Source: a virus. From it: a stretch of DNA of 42,792 nt. The notes below the pieces were generated by a model. That model was not told the DNA's origin and did no database searches. It was given only the letters and a program-made list of their open reading frames with translations. Numbering within the stretch: the stretch's first letter is position 1; each line of letters starts with the position of its first letter. The stretch is from positions 1-42,792 of IMG/VR virus record IMGVR_UViG_3300002461_000026; one strand, 5' to 3'. A program made the position numbers and the translations under genes. Positions 1 through 6,649 of the stretch are shown one piece after another.

Positions 1-94
1 GTATCCCTAGATGGAGAATCCATAGGGAAGCGCAGCGCACCATAGGATGAGCCAGATAGGTTCACCACCCCGGGTATAATCCCGGCAACTAAGC
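1..94. repeat. Direct terminal repeat, left copy
   Basis: Bases 1-94 are identical base for base to 42699-42792. This fits T7-type terminal redundancy, or alternatively an assembly overlap. It contains an imperfect palindrome (CCCTAGATGGA 5-15 / TCCATAGGG 19-27) and a CCGGG-TATAAT-CCCGG hairpin (70-85). Confidence 0.9.
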
Positions 95-111
95 AGAAGC
101 TGTGCTATACT
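83..111 (+). promoter_or_regulatory. Sigma70-like promoter-like element on the plus strand
   Basis: TATACT at 106-111 is preceded by TGC (103-105). The string TGTGCTATACT fits the TGTGYTAYRMT signature shared by the three minus-strand early promoters. The -35 (cgGCAA, 83-88, 17-bp spacer) is weak. It points inward, antisense to all genes. Confidence 0.3.
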
Positions 112-223
112 GGCAGCCTCGTAACATCCAAGGAGAGCACAGCATGACAGAAGCGCAGATACATCAGGCACGCAAGGCGCAAAGTTTCGCACACATGGAA
201 GCACGCAGAGAGCAACGAGCGAT

Positions 224-248
224 GAGCAGCACCGAGCAGCACCGAGCA
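224..248. repeat. Tandem 10-bp repeat GAGCAGCACC, 2.5 copies
   Basis: Read directly: gat GAGCAGCACC GAGCAGCACC GAGCA tgg. Confidence 0.85.
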
Positions 249-379
249 TGGTATCAGGCACAGGCGATAAGAAGCAGGCACCGCACCAGCACGCACCGCT
301 TCTGTAGCACCTCGCAAGCCTGCTAGGAGCCACACAGAGGCACCTAGCAGCCTCTCAGAGCCTCGCACAGACTGAGGTG

Positions 380-489
380 GCACCCCCGCACCCCGCGAAG
401 CCTCGCGCGTCTCACAGAGGCTGTGCTCGATGCGAGTGCACCCCCGGGCACCCCCGGGTCCCGTGCTACGCACGCACCCCGGGCACCCC
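380..489. repeat. Six copies of GCACCCC, including tandem GCACCCCCGG pairs
   Basis: GCACCCC starts at 380, 388, 438, 448, 474 and 483 on the plus strand. 438-457 is GCACCCCCGG twice. The complementary strand carries runs of G3-5. Confidence 0.8.
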
Positions 490-617
490 TATGGGGGAAC
501 TCAGCGTGCGCCGGGGTCGGGACACCCTGTCGCATGAGCGAAGCATTTTAGGTTGCGTATGTACTCGCAATCCACGCACGACTCACGCAACTGCACACGC
601 ACTGCTGAGCACCACGC

Positions 618-788
618 TTACTCAGTCCGGATACCGAGCGACTCCGAGAGCTTCTTGCGCTTCGGCTTCACTTCTACGGCTTCCGAGAGTTGCTGCTGCA
701 ACTGCTTGTCACGGCCAGCCAAGGCTTCGCCCGCCTTTCGCGCTGTACCTAGGCCCAGCCAACCGAGGGCTTTCTTCTTGTCTGCCAT
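618..788 (-). CDS. Hypothetical small protein (56 aa), last gene of the late operon
   Basis: Below the track cutoff; translated by hand as MADKKKALGWLGLGTARKAGEALAGRDKQLQQQLSEAVEVKPKRKKLSESLGIRTE. ATG at 786-788, TAA at 618-620, with TAAGGAG 6 nt upstream that contains the stop of 798..998. Confidence 0.5.
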   Translation of the reverse strand: MADKKKALGWLGLGTARKAGEALAGRDKQLQQQLSEAVEVKPKRKKLSESLGIRTE

Positions 789-797
789 GAGGACTCC

Positions 798-998
798 TTA
801 GAGAACGGGGAACTGCTGTTCCGAAATTTCCAGAACCTCCACGGGTTTCACAGCTTTCACTGCGCCCGCAGGGGTGACGACAGCCGACCAAGCGGCCTGC
901 TCGACTTCGGAGAGGCCCGCGAACTTTTCGTCCGCGTCCTCAACGAGTCGGCCCAAGATCACGCCGCTGTACGAGGCCCATGCTTGAGCCGGGCTCAT
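798..998 (-). CDS. Hypothetical protein (66 aa)
   Basis: ORF track. The ATG shares one base with the TAA of 998..1201 (TAATG). Codons are mostly G/C-ending, like the neighbouring genes. No motif recognised. Confidence 0.7.
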   Translation of the reverse strand: MSPAQAWASYSGVILGRLVEDADEKFAGLSEVEQAAWSAVVTPAGAVKAVKPVEVLEISEQQFPVL

Positions 999-1201
999 TA
1001 TGTGTTCACCGCAGTGATCGCAGCCGAGACGGCGGTGATCTGGGCGTCGATCTGGGCCTGCGTGAAGCGGCCCGGCTTGTGCGTTGCGCCGCCCAGTGCG
1101 GAGCCGTCCTTGTACTGGCGCAGCATGACTTCGAGGCGAGCGGCGGCGTCGTACAGGGTGACGATCTCGGCGGTGGTGCCGGTGTTGGTGACGAGAGACA
1201 T
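998..1201 (-). CDS. Hypothetical protein (67 aa)
   Basis: ORF track. AAGGAA lies 6 nt upstream of the ATG at 1199-1201, directly after Rz1. Confidence 0.7.
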   Translation of the reverse strand: MSLVTNTGTTAEIVTLYDAAARLEVMLRQYKDGSALGGATHKPGRFTQAQIDAQITAVSAAITAVNT

Positions 1202-1217
1202 GGTGGTTCCTTTCAGT

Positions 1218-1487
1218 TTACCGCGATGGAATGCCAGTACCCGTAGCGGTGTCCGGGGTGGCGAGATCGTTCAAGGCTGCACGGCACTGCTCGCGCTGTA
1301 CACCAGCCTGCGTGAGCAGGACGATGAGATCAGCGGCGTAAGCGTACAGGTCAGCCAGAGGCGCAGGGATTTCCTGCGCGGGTTCAAGGCAACTCGCTGG
1401 CGGCTCGAACTGCGGCGTTGCCGGTTTCGGCGAGGTCGCGCAGCCCAGCAAGCTGAGCAGGAGTGCCAGTAGGGCGAGCTTCTTCAT
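1218..1487 (-). CDS. rz1: Rz1-type outer-membrane lipoprotein spanin
   Basis: MKKLALLALLLSLLGC signal plus lipobox, with a Pro-rich mature part. It starts inside the 3' end of Rz in another frame (overlap 1384-1487) and extends past it, which is the overlapped spanin architecture. Confidence 0.85.
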   Translation of the reverse strand: MKKLALLALLLSLLGCATSPKPATPQFEPPASCLEPAQEIPAPLADLYAYAADLIVLLTQAGVQREQCRAALNDLATPDTATGTGIPSR

Positions 1488-1752
1488 TCAAGTCCAGTTC
1501 TGCCCGCTCAGCGCGGACGGTTGCGGTAGCCTTCGCACGGGCCTCAGCCTGAGCGCGACCCACCTGCGTGCGGCGCTTGGCCGCAGCTTCAAGGGTTGCC
1601 ACAGTGGCCCGGGAAGCCTCCAGATCGGCCTCAGTGGCCTCCAGACGAGTCTGGGCTACCTCGGCCTTACCCGCCTCGTAGAAACCCCATGTGAGGGCTC
1701 CTGCGAGGCCGAGCGTCAGGGCGGCGATGATGTATTTCACCATGCGGAACAT
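1384..1752 (-). CDS. rz: Rz-type inner-membrane spanin
   Basis: N-terminal TM helix (KYIIAALTLGLAGALTWGFY) followed by an Ala/Glu/Arg-rich coiled-coil-like region. It follows the endolysin with a 16-nt overlap and hosts Rz1. Confidence 0.85.
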   Translation of the reverse strand: MFRMVKYIIAALTLGLAGALTWGFYEAGKAEVAQTRLEATEADLEASRATVATLEAAAKRRTQVGRAQAEARAKATATVRAERAELDLNEEARPTGTPAQLAGLRDLAETGNAAVRAASELP

Positions 1753-2258
1753 CCTTGCTCGAACATGCGCCGTTCATCAGCGCGGCGGGTGGTGAGGCCC
1801 CGCAGGACCACCACGGTGCCATTCGGCTTCGTGGCCTTGTCCCAGCGCGAGAACTCCCGGGCAGCGCCTAGGCAGTCCCCGGCGTTCAGCTTGCGCACGA
1901 GCGTGCTGTTGTGCAGCGCGGAGGTGCCCACGTTGAACGTGAAGCTCACGAGCGCGTCGTACTGGCTCTGCGTGATGGGCCGCTTGACGGAGCGCACGAC
2001 GCCCCGGTGGGCGACCATGAGGTCTTCCCGCAGGCGCTTGTCGCACTCCTGCGGGTCTGCTCGCTGGCCGATGTACACGTCGCGGGTGCTGCCGTAGCAG
2101 ATCGTCGGGACCTGCACGGCGTCGTAGTACGCGGCGTACCGCACGTCCTCGTGCTTCTTGATCGCCTCGGTGCCTTTAAGACTGGGGAGCAGGGTGCCCG
2201 CCAAAGCGAGCACGCCTGCCCCAGCCACCGCCACCACGCGATTAGTGATCTTTGCCAT
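1737..2258 (-). CDS. SAR endolysin, T4-lysozyme-like muramidase
   Basis: Gly/Ala-rich weakly hydrophobic N-terminus (VVAVAGAGVLALAGTLL), typical of signal-arrest-release. E-x8-D-x5-T catalytic pattern in HEDVRYAAYYDAVQVPTICYG. Sits between holin and Rz. Confidence 0.9.
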   Translation of the reverse strand: MAKITNRVVAVAGAGVLALAGTLLPSLKGTEAIKKHEDVRYAAYYDAVQVPTICYGSTRDVYIGQRADPQECDKRLREDLMVAHRGVVRSVKRPITQSQYDALVSFTFNVGTSALHNSTLVRKLNAGDCLGAAREFSRWDKATKPNGTVVVLRGLTTRRADERRMFEQGCSAW

Positions 2259-2430
2259 AGCGCTTCACGAGGATGCGATGCTCCCGTGCCTTGTAGTACC
2301 AGTTGATGATGAATGTGCCGAGTGCGGTTGCAATACCGATGAGCACAGCGGCCTTCTCCAAGTTGATCCATCCTGCGAAGGCGGTCAACCCCGCCGTCAC
2401 GTATGCGGGCAGGCTCCAGTGCTTGTCCAT
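2242..2430 (-). CDS. Holin (pinholin-like, two TM helices)
   Basis: 62 aa with two hydrophobic helices (YVTAGLTAFAGWINL, AAVLIGIATALGTFIINWYY) and a basic C-terminus. GGAGG lies 4 nt upstream of the ATG. It is immediately upstream of, and overlaps, the SAR endolysin. Confidence 0.8.
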   Translation of the reverse strand: MDKHWSLPAYVTAGLTAFAGWINLEKAAVLIGIATALGTFIINWYYKAREHRILVKRYGKDH

Positions 2431-2431
2431 T

Positions 2432-4225
2432 CTACCTCCGTCTTGAGTGGGATACCCTGCGTTGTACGCGAGAGTCCAAAGTTCGTCGTGTACCTCGTCC
2501 CAGTTGGGAGGGCGCTATGCCGTAGCCCATCGGGTCGGCCATGTATTCTGCGTGCGCTGCTTCCTGCCGAGCGGCTGCTGCCTTGTGCTCGTCCTTGTCT
2601 AGGACGTGCTTGAACTCGCGAATCGCGCCTGCTGCGGCTTCAATGCGGTCATCACTTACCAGCGACTGCCGGTCGGTCGTGATGTTCGCAATCTGATACC
2701 ACAGGCTGCGGTGCGTGCGCTGTTCGAGGCTGTGCTGCTTGTTGTACTTCACGTCGCTGTCGAACACCTGCTGGTGCACAACAACCCGGTGCCGCTGCAT
2801 CGCGCTCACCATCGAGTCGATGATGCGCTTTTCCTTCTGGTTCGTGCTGTACTCACCAGAGATGGCCGTAGCCAGATGCGCGAGGTCCGGGTGCTTCGAG
2901 AAGATGGCGCGAAGGGAAATCTCGAACAGGCCGTGGCCCATGTTCGATTCCACCTTGATGCGCAGCACCTTGTTCCGCCGCACGATGTCCACAAGCTCGC
3001 GCTCGGTGGCCTCGTTCAAGCCGCCCTTCAAGCCGCCCGCGTCTAGCAGGTGGATGTACGGGCCGAGTGCGCAGGACACGCCGAAGCCGATCTCGTCAGT
3101 GCCGCCGCCAGCCGGGTCCACGAACATGAACACGTCTTTAGGCGCGACGAGGTTGCACTGATACGCCGGGGCGTAGTACATCTTCGCCATGGTCACAGGG
3201 AACTCAGGGCCGAGCGGTACGGCCAGCGCGTTCGTGGCCTGCCACCCGACGATCTCGGGCAGAAGCTCGCGCCCGAAGTTCGCGACGATCAGGTCAGACA
3301 GCCGAAGCTGCTGGCGCAGTGCGTCCACCAACGAGGTGTCGAGCATGTACTGAAGCTGGAAGTCTTCCGGCCCCTTGTCGAGTTCCTTCTCGATCAGGTC
3401 CACGTTCGTGTATCGACCCGGGTCGGTTGGCTGGCCGCGAGTGCCGTCGATACCACCGCCAGTGCGCAGCGAGGGGTTAGCCTGCATGCGCTCAACGATC
3501 AGGGGCGCGAGGCGACCCGCGTACTTTTCTTCCTCGTCCTCGGTCGGGTAGCGACCCGGCCAGATGCGGATAGTGAAGCCACGGCCCGGCAGGGTGTTGT
3601 ATATCGAGTCCTTAGACTGGGGCGTGCCCAAGTACAGGATATCGCCGTGCGTACAGATAGACGAGAACTCCTTGGACAGGTGCAGCAGTTGCGCACGCTG
3701 CGTGGGATTCAGGCCGTTCTTGTTCGACTCGATGTCATCGGGGATGAGCAAGTCAGCGCGGCGACCGGGCAGGTTCGAGGTGATACCGGCACAGGCGATG
3801 CTGGGCGAGCGGTCGAGGCCCTTGATGGACCAGTGCACGTCGAACGCATCCGTCGAGGTGCGGTCGCCAGCGTGGCGGTCAGGGCGCAGGCATTCGAGGA
3901 TGTCCCAGTTCAGGATCAGTCGAACGATCAGCGTAGCGGTGTCGGACGAGTTGTCCTCACCGGCAGAGATGATGAGCACGCGGGTGCTCGGGCGGTGGAT
4001 GATACACCAGATCGCGAACAGTGCCGCGAGGGTGGTCTTCGCTTCGCCACGCTGAGCCATAACCATGCGAAGGCGTGGGCCGTGCTGCATGAACTCAGCG
4101 ATGTCTTCTTGAACGTCCGTCAGCGGGAAGCCGAGGAACGCCATGCCGTCTAGCGCGAAGTCCCGGAAGTCCTCGTACTGCTCGGCGAGTTCCCGTACGG
4201 CTGCGAACCGCTGTTCGGGACTCAT
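2432..4225 (-). CDS. terL: Terminase large subunit
   Basis: 597 aa. Walker A-like AQRGEAKTT, Walker B-like VLIISAGED, and a C-terminal nuclease region (FVDPAGGGTDE). ATGA overlap with the small subunit gene. T7 gp19-like position. Confidence 0.95.
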   Translation of the reverse strand: MSPEQRFAAVRELAEQYEDFRDFALDGMAFLGFPLTDVQEDIAEFMQHGPRLRMVMAQRGEAKTTLAALFAIWCIIHRPSTRVLIISAGEDNSSDTATLIVRLILNWDILECLRPDRHAGDRTSTDAFDVHWSIKGLDRSPSIACAGITSNLPGRRADLLIPDDIESNKNGLNPTQRAQLLHLSKEFSSICTHGDILYLGTPQSKDSIYNTLPGRGFTIRIWPGRYPTEDEEEKYAGRLAPLIVERMQANPSLRTGGGIDGTRGQPTDPGRYTNVDLIEKELDKGPEDFQLQYMLDTSLVDALRQQLRLSDLIVANFGRELLPEIVGWQATNALAVPLGPEFPVTMAKMYYAPAYQCNLVAPKDVFMFVDPAGGGTDEIGFGVSCALGPYIHLLDAGGLKGGLNEATERELVDIVRRNKVLRIKVESNMGHGLFEISLRAIFSKHPDLAHLATAISGEYSTNQKEKRIIDSMVSAMQRHRVVVHQQVFDSDVKYNKQHSLEQRTHRSLWYQIANITTDRQSLVSDDRIEAAAGAIREFKHVLDKDEHKAAAARQEAAHAEYMADPMGYGIAPSQLGRGTRRTLDSRVQRRVSHSRRR

Positions 4226-4524
4226 CCGTTCACCTGCCGCAGATCATGGTCTGCCATGGCGACGACATTGGATGCGCGGTTCTTGCGAGCCAGCGCACGG
4301 GCCTCACGTGCAGCGGTCAGGGACTCGCGCAGGTGGTTCAGGTCTTCCTTGTCTGCGGGGTCAGCCGAGACGTTGTTGTCTTTGAGGAACTTGATCGCGG
4401 CACCGAGCGTAGCAGCGTCGGTGGGGAGCTTGTCCTCAAGGTCTTGTGTGATGCGCACTTTGAACGACTTGGCGACCAGACTGTGAAGGTCTTGGAGGTC
4501 GCCCATTGATGCAGCTTGAGTCAT
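4222..4524 (-). CDS. terS: Terminase small subunit (phiKMV-type DNA maturase A)
   Basis: 100-aa helical, charged protein translationally coupled (ATGA) to terL. Called from position and size only. Confidence 0.7.
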   Translation of the reverse strand: MTQAASMGDLQDLHSLVAKSFKVRITQDLEDKLPTDAATLGAAIKFLKDNNVSADPADKEDLNHLRESLTAAREARALARKNRASNVVAMADHDLRQVNG

Positions 4525-4536
4525 AGGTGGTGGCCT

Positions 4537-4848
4537 TTACTTCTTGAGTAGCCATTCGGCAAACTCTGGATTATCGTCGAAGACTCCGATGAGTCCTGTC
4601 GCGAGTGAGCGGACGTAATCTTCTTCGACCTCACCGCCGTATTCACGGCCCTGTAAGGATCGGATGGCGTGCATGAGTTCGTGCAAGATCGTGTCGCGCT
4701 TGATGTCAGCGGCGAGTCGAGTGCGGTAGTCGATGCGGTTCCGAGATTCATGCCAGAGGCCATAGGCCCCCTGCATGCGCTTCTCAGGCAGCGGACGTAG
4801 GCGCACTACCCTACCATTCACCCGAAGGCTGGTGGGTAGTGCGGCCAT
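4537..4848 (-). CDS. Small HExxH metallopeptidase-like protein (ImmA/IrrE-like core)
   Basis: 103 aa with DTILHELMHAIRS (HExxH), preceded by the G-x-W...I motif layout seen in minimal M78/DUF955-type peptidases. The start shares a base with the stop of 4848..5144. Confidence 0.75.
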   Translation of the reverse strand: MAALPTSLRVNGRVVRLRPLPEKRMQGAYGLWHESRNRIDYRTRLAADIKRDTILHELMHAIRSLQGREYGGEVEEDYVRSLATGLIGVFDDNPEFAEWLLKK

Positions 4849-5144
4849 CAGTGCTTCCCGTCTGCCTCGAAGGCGTCGAGGTAAACCTGAACGGCCTTGG
4901 CGAGGCGGACCTGCGCGGGTGTCTCACCGTGCAGGCCTTGGGCCGTGCGGCGGATGCGGCGCGAGATTGTGTACTCGCCCTTGAGGGGCCAGCCCAGCGC
5001 CCACGCTAGCTCCGTGTAGTTCGCCACGAGGTCGAGGACGAACACGAAGTACGCGGGGACTGCGCACACCCAGCGCCGCCAGCCGCCGCGCTTGAACTGA
5101 ATGACCAACGGGTACAGCAGCGCGGTGGCTGCTGTGATGATCAC
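4848..5144 (-). CDS. Small membrane protein (two predicted TM helices)
   Basis: 98 aa with hydrophobic stretches IITAATALLYPLVI and VCAVPAYFVFVLDLVA. GTG start in a GTGA overlap with the upstream gene. Confidence 0.7.
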   Translation of the reverse strand: MIITAATALLYPLVIQFKRGGWRRWVCAVPAYFVFVLDLVANYTELAWALGWPLKGEYTISRRIRRTAQGLHGETPAQVRLAKAVQVYLDAFEADGKH

Positions 5145-5563
5145 AGTCCGGCGAGGACAGCCTTGAGGCCAGCCTCGTCGGTAGCGGCGTCGATGCGGCG
5201 TTGCAGTGCGTCGTGCTTGCCGCGCACAGCTCGGCGCTTGGCCTCAGCACCAGCCGCGAGGTGGGGCACGGTGGCCTCAACATCCAGCGGGGCGAACTCG
5301 GCTGCACGCTTGGCTCGGCGGGCGTTGTGGCACACATCCTTGGCGCGGGCCACATCGACGCGGGCACCCTTGGAGGGGCACCGGCACCACGCATCGCGGA
5401 ACACGCGGTCTGCGGGGAGATCGGCGGCGTCAACGACCTTGGGGTCGAGGGCATCCTCGGGGAGGTCTGCACGCAGACGCTCCAGCGGCACACCGGGCGC
5501 GGGGACGAGGACGGAGAGACCACCATCAGGGCGGGTGTAGACGATTCGTTTTTCGGTTGACAT
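5141..5563 (-). CDS. Conserved phage protein of unknown function
   Basis: 140 aa. AGGAG lies 8 nt upstream of the ATG. The motif layout IVYTRPDGGLSVLVP...DLPADRVFRDAW looks like a widespread phage family that I cannot name with confidence. Confidence 0.8.
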   Translation of the reverse strand: MSTEKRIVYTRPDGGLSVLVPAPGVPLERLRADLPEDALDPKVVDAADLPADRVFRDAWCRCPSKGARVDVARAKDVCHNARRAKRAAEFAPLDVEATVPHLAAGAEAKRRAVRGKHDALQRRIDAATDEAGLKAVLAGL

Positions 5564-5581
5564 TAGATTAGCTCCTATGGA

Positions 5582-5947
5582 TTAGCGGAAGATGGCGACG
5601 CACTGGTTAGCGTTATCAACACCAGTGCCGGCACTGGCGTTAACTAGCCTGTATCGGTAACTAGAGGGGGAAAACGCCATGCCGCTATCCCACACCAGTG
5701 AAGCTGTTCCCTGACTAAGAACCTGCGCCGCATAATTCGCATCAGGCATTGCATTCGTAAAGTTAACCGTGTAGTCACCTTGGCCGTTGTCCGTAATGGA
5801 ACTCACGTTGAACGAGGCACGAATAGCAACCGTGCCTGTGCCGTTGAAGTTAACCCACGCCTTCGCGCTTCCATCGACCACCGTTGCTACTGGGACCGAC
5901 TTCGTGCCTGCGGCGTTCGTGAGGGTATCTGTTCTGATTGTGCTCAT
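5582..5947 (-). CDS. Tail-fibre-adjacent small beta-rich protein, paralog 3
   Basis: 121 aa with its own TAAGGAGCCACC-ATG. Shares the core KAWVNFNGTGTVAIRASFNVSSITDNGQGDYTVNFTNAMPDANYAA and the C-terminal IFR with the two upstream genes. Confidence 0.85.
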   Translation of the reverse strand: MSTIRTDTLTNAAGTKSVPVATVVDGSAKAWVNFNGTGTVAIRASFNVSSITDNGQGDYTVNFTNAMPDANYAAQVLSQGTASLVWDSGMAFSPSSYRYRLVNASAGTGVDNANQCVAIFR

Positions 5948-5956
5948 GGTGGCTCC

Positions 5957-6295
5957 TTAGCGGAAGATGGCGATATGCCCGTGCGGCACGTCGTAGTTAG
6001 CGCCATCGTGACCGCGACCGTCTAGGCGCACAGCCGAGACGGTCGGTGCCGTACTAGTCCGCGTGGTCAGAGTGATTGCGTCCGCCCCCGTACTCACGGC
6101 AGCGTAGTTCGCATCAGGCATCGCGGTGGTGAAGTTCACCGTGTAGTCGCCGGGACCGTTGTCGGTGATGCTCGACACGTTGCCGCTGGCCCGGATGGCT
6201 ACGGTCCCGGTCCCGTTGAAATTCACCCATGCACGGCACTTGTAGTTCTCAGTGTTGTCGGGGTTCAGCCATTGGTTGGCTTTGATTGTGCTCAT
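5957..6295 (-). CDS. Tail-fibre-adjacent small beta-rich protein, paralog 2
   Basis: 112 aa with TAAGGAGACACC-ATG. Same conserved core (RAWVNFNGTGTVAIRASGNVSSITDNGPGDYTVNFTTAMPDANYAA) and the same MSTI start and IFR end as paralog 3. Confidence 0.85.
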   Translation of the reverse strand: MSTIKANQWLNPDNTENYKCRAWVNFNGTGTVAIRASGNVSSITDNGPGDYTVNFTTAMPDANYAAVSTGADAITLTTRTSTAPTVSAVRLDGRGHDGANYDVPHGHIAIFR

Positions 6296-6304
6296 GGTGT
6301 CTCC

Positions 6305-6649
6305 TTAGCGGCAGAAAATGAGTTGGACGTGTGCACGATCTACTCCAGCACCGGCGGTATCCCCAACCCGAACCCTAAAACCAGCCGTCGTTTTACCGTG
6401 GTCGTTCATAGTCGTGGCCTGAGTTGTCACTGTACCCGTACCCGCAGAGCCTGCGACCGCGTAATTCGCATCAGGCATCGCTGTGGCGAAGTTCACTGTG
6501 TAGTCACCGGTATTGTGATCCGTAATGGAACTCACGTTGAACGCTGCGCGGATTGCTGGCGTGCCTGTGCCGTTGAAGTTTACCCAAGCCTTGACGGCGT
6601 TGCCGCCAGCCGAGTCAAAGTTGTCGCTCCCGCGAATTACTGATGTCAT
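6305..6649 (-). CDS. Tail-fibre-adjacent small beta-rich protein, paralog 1
   Basis: 114 aa. ATGA overlap with the tail fibre stop. Core KAWVNFNGTGTPAIRAAFNVSSITDHNTGDYTVNFATAMPDANYA. Ends IFCR. Confidence 0.85.
   Translation of the reverse strand: MTSVIRGSDNFDSAGGNAVKAWVNFNGTGTPAIRAAFNVSSITDHNTGDYTVNFATAMPDANYAVAGSAGTGTVTTQATTMNDHGKTTAGFRVRVGDTAGAGVDRAHVQLIFCR

Noticed and set aside
75-80. Perfect TATAAT on the plus strand inside the terminal repeat, considered as a promoter.
   Set aside because: There is no acceptable -35 at 16-19 bp. The hexamer is the loop of a CCGGG/CCCGG hairpin, so a structural role is more likely.
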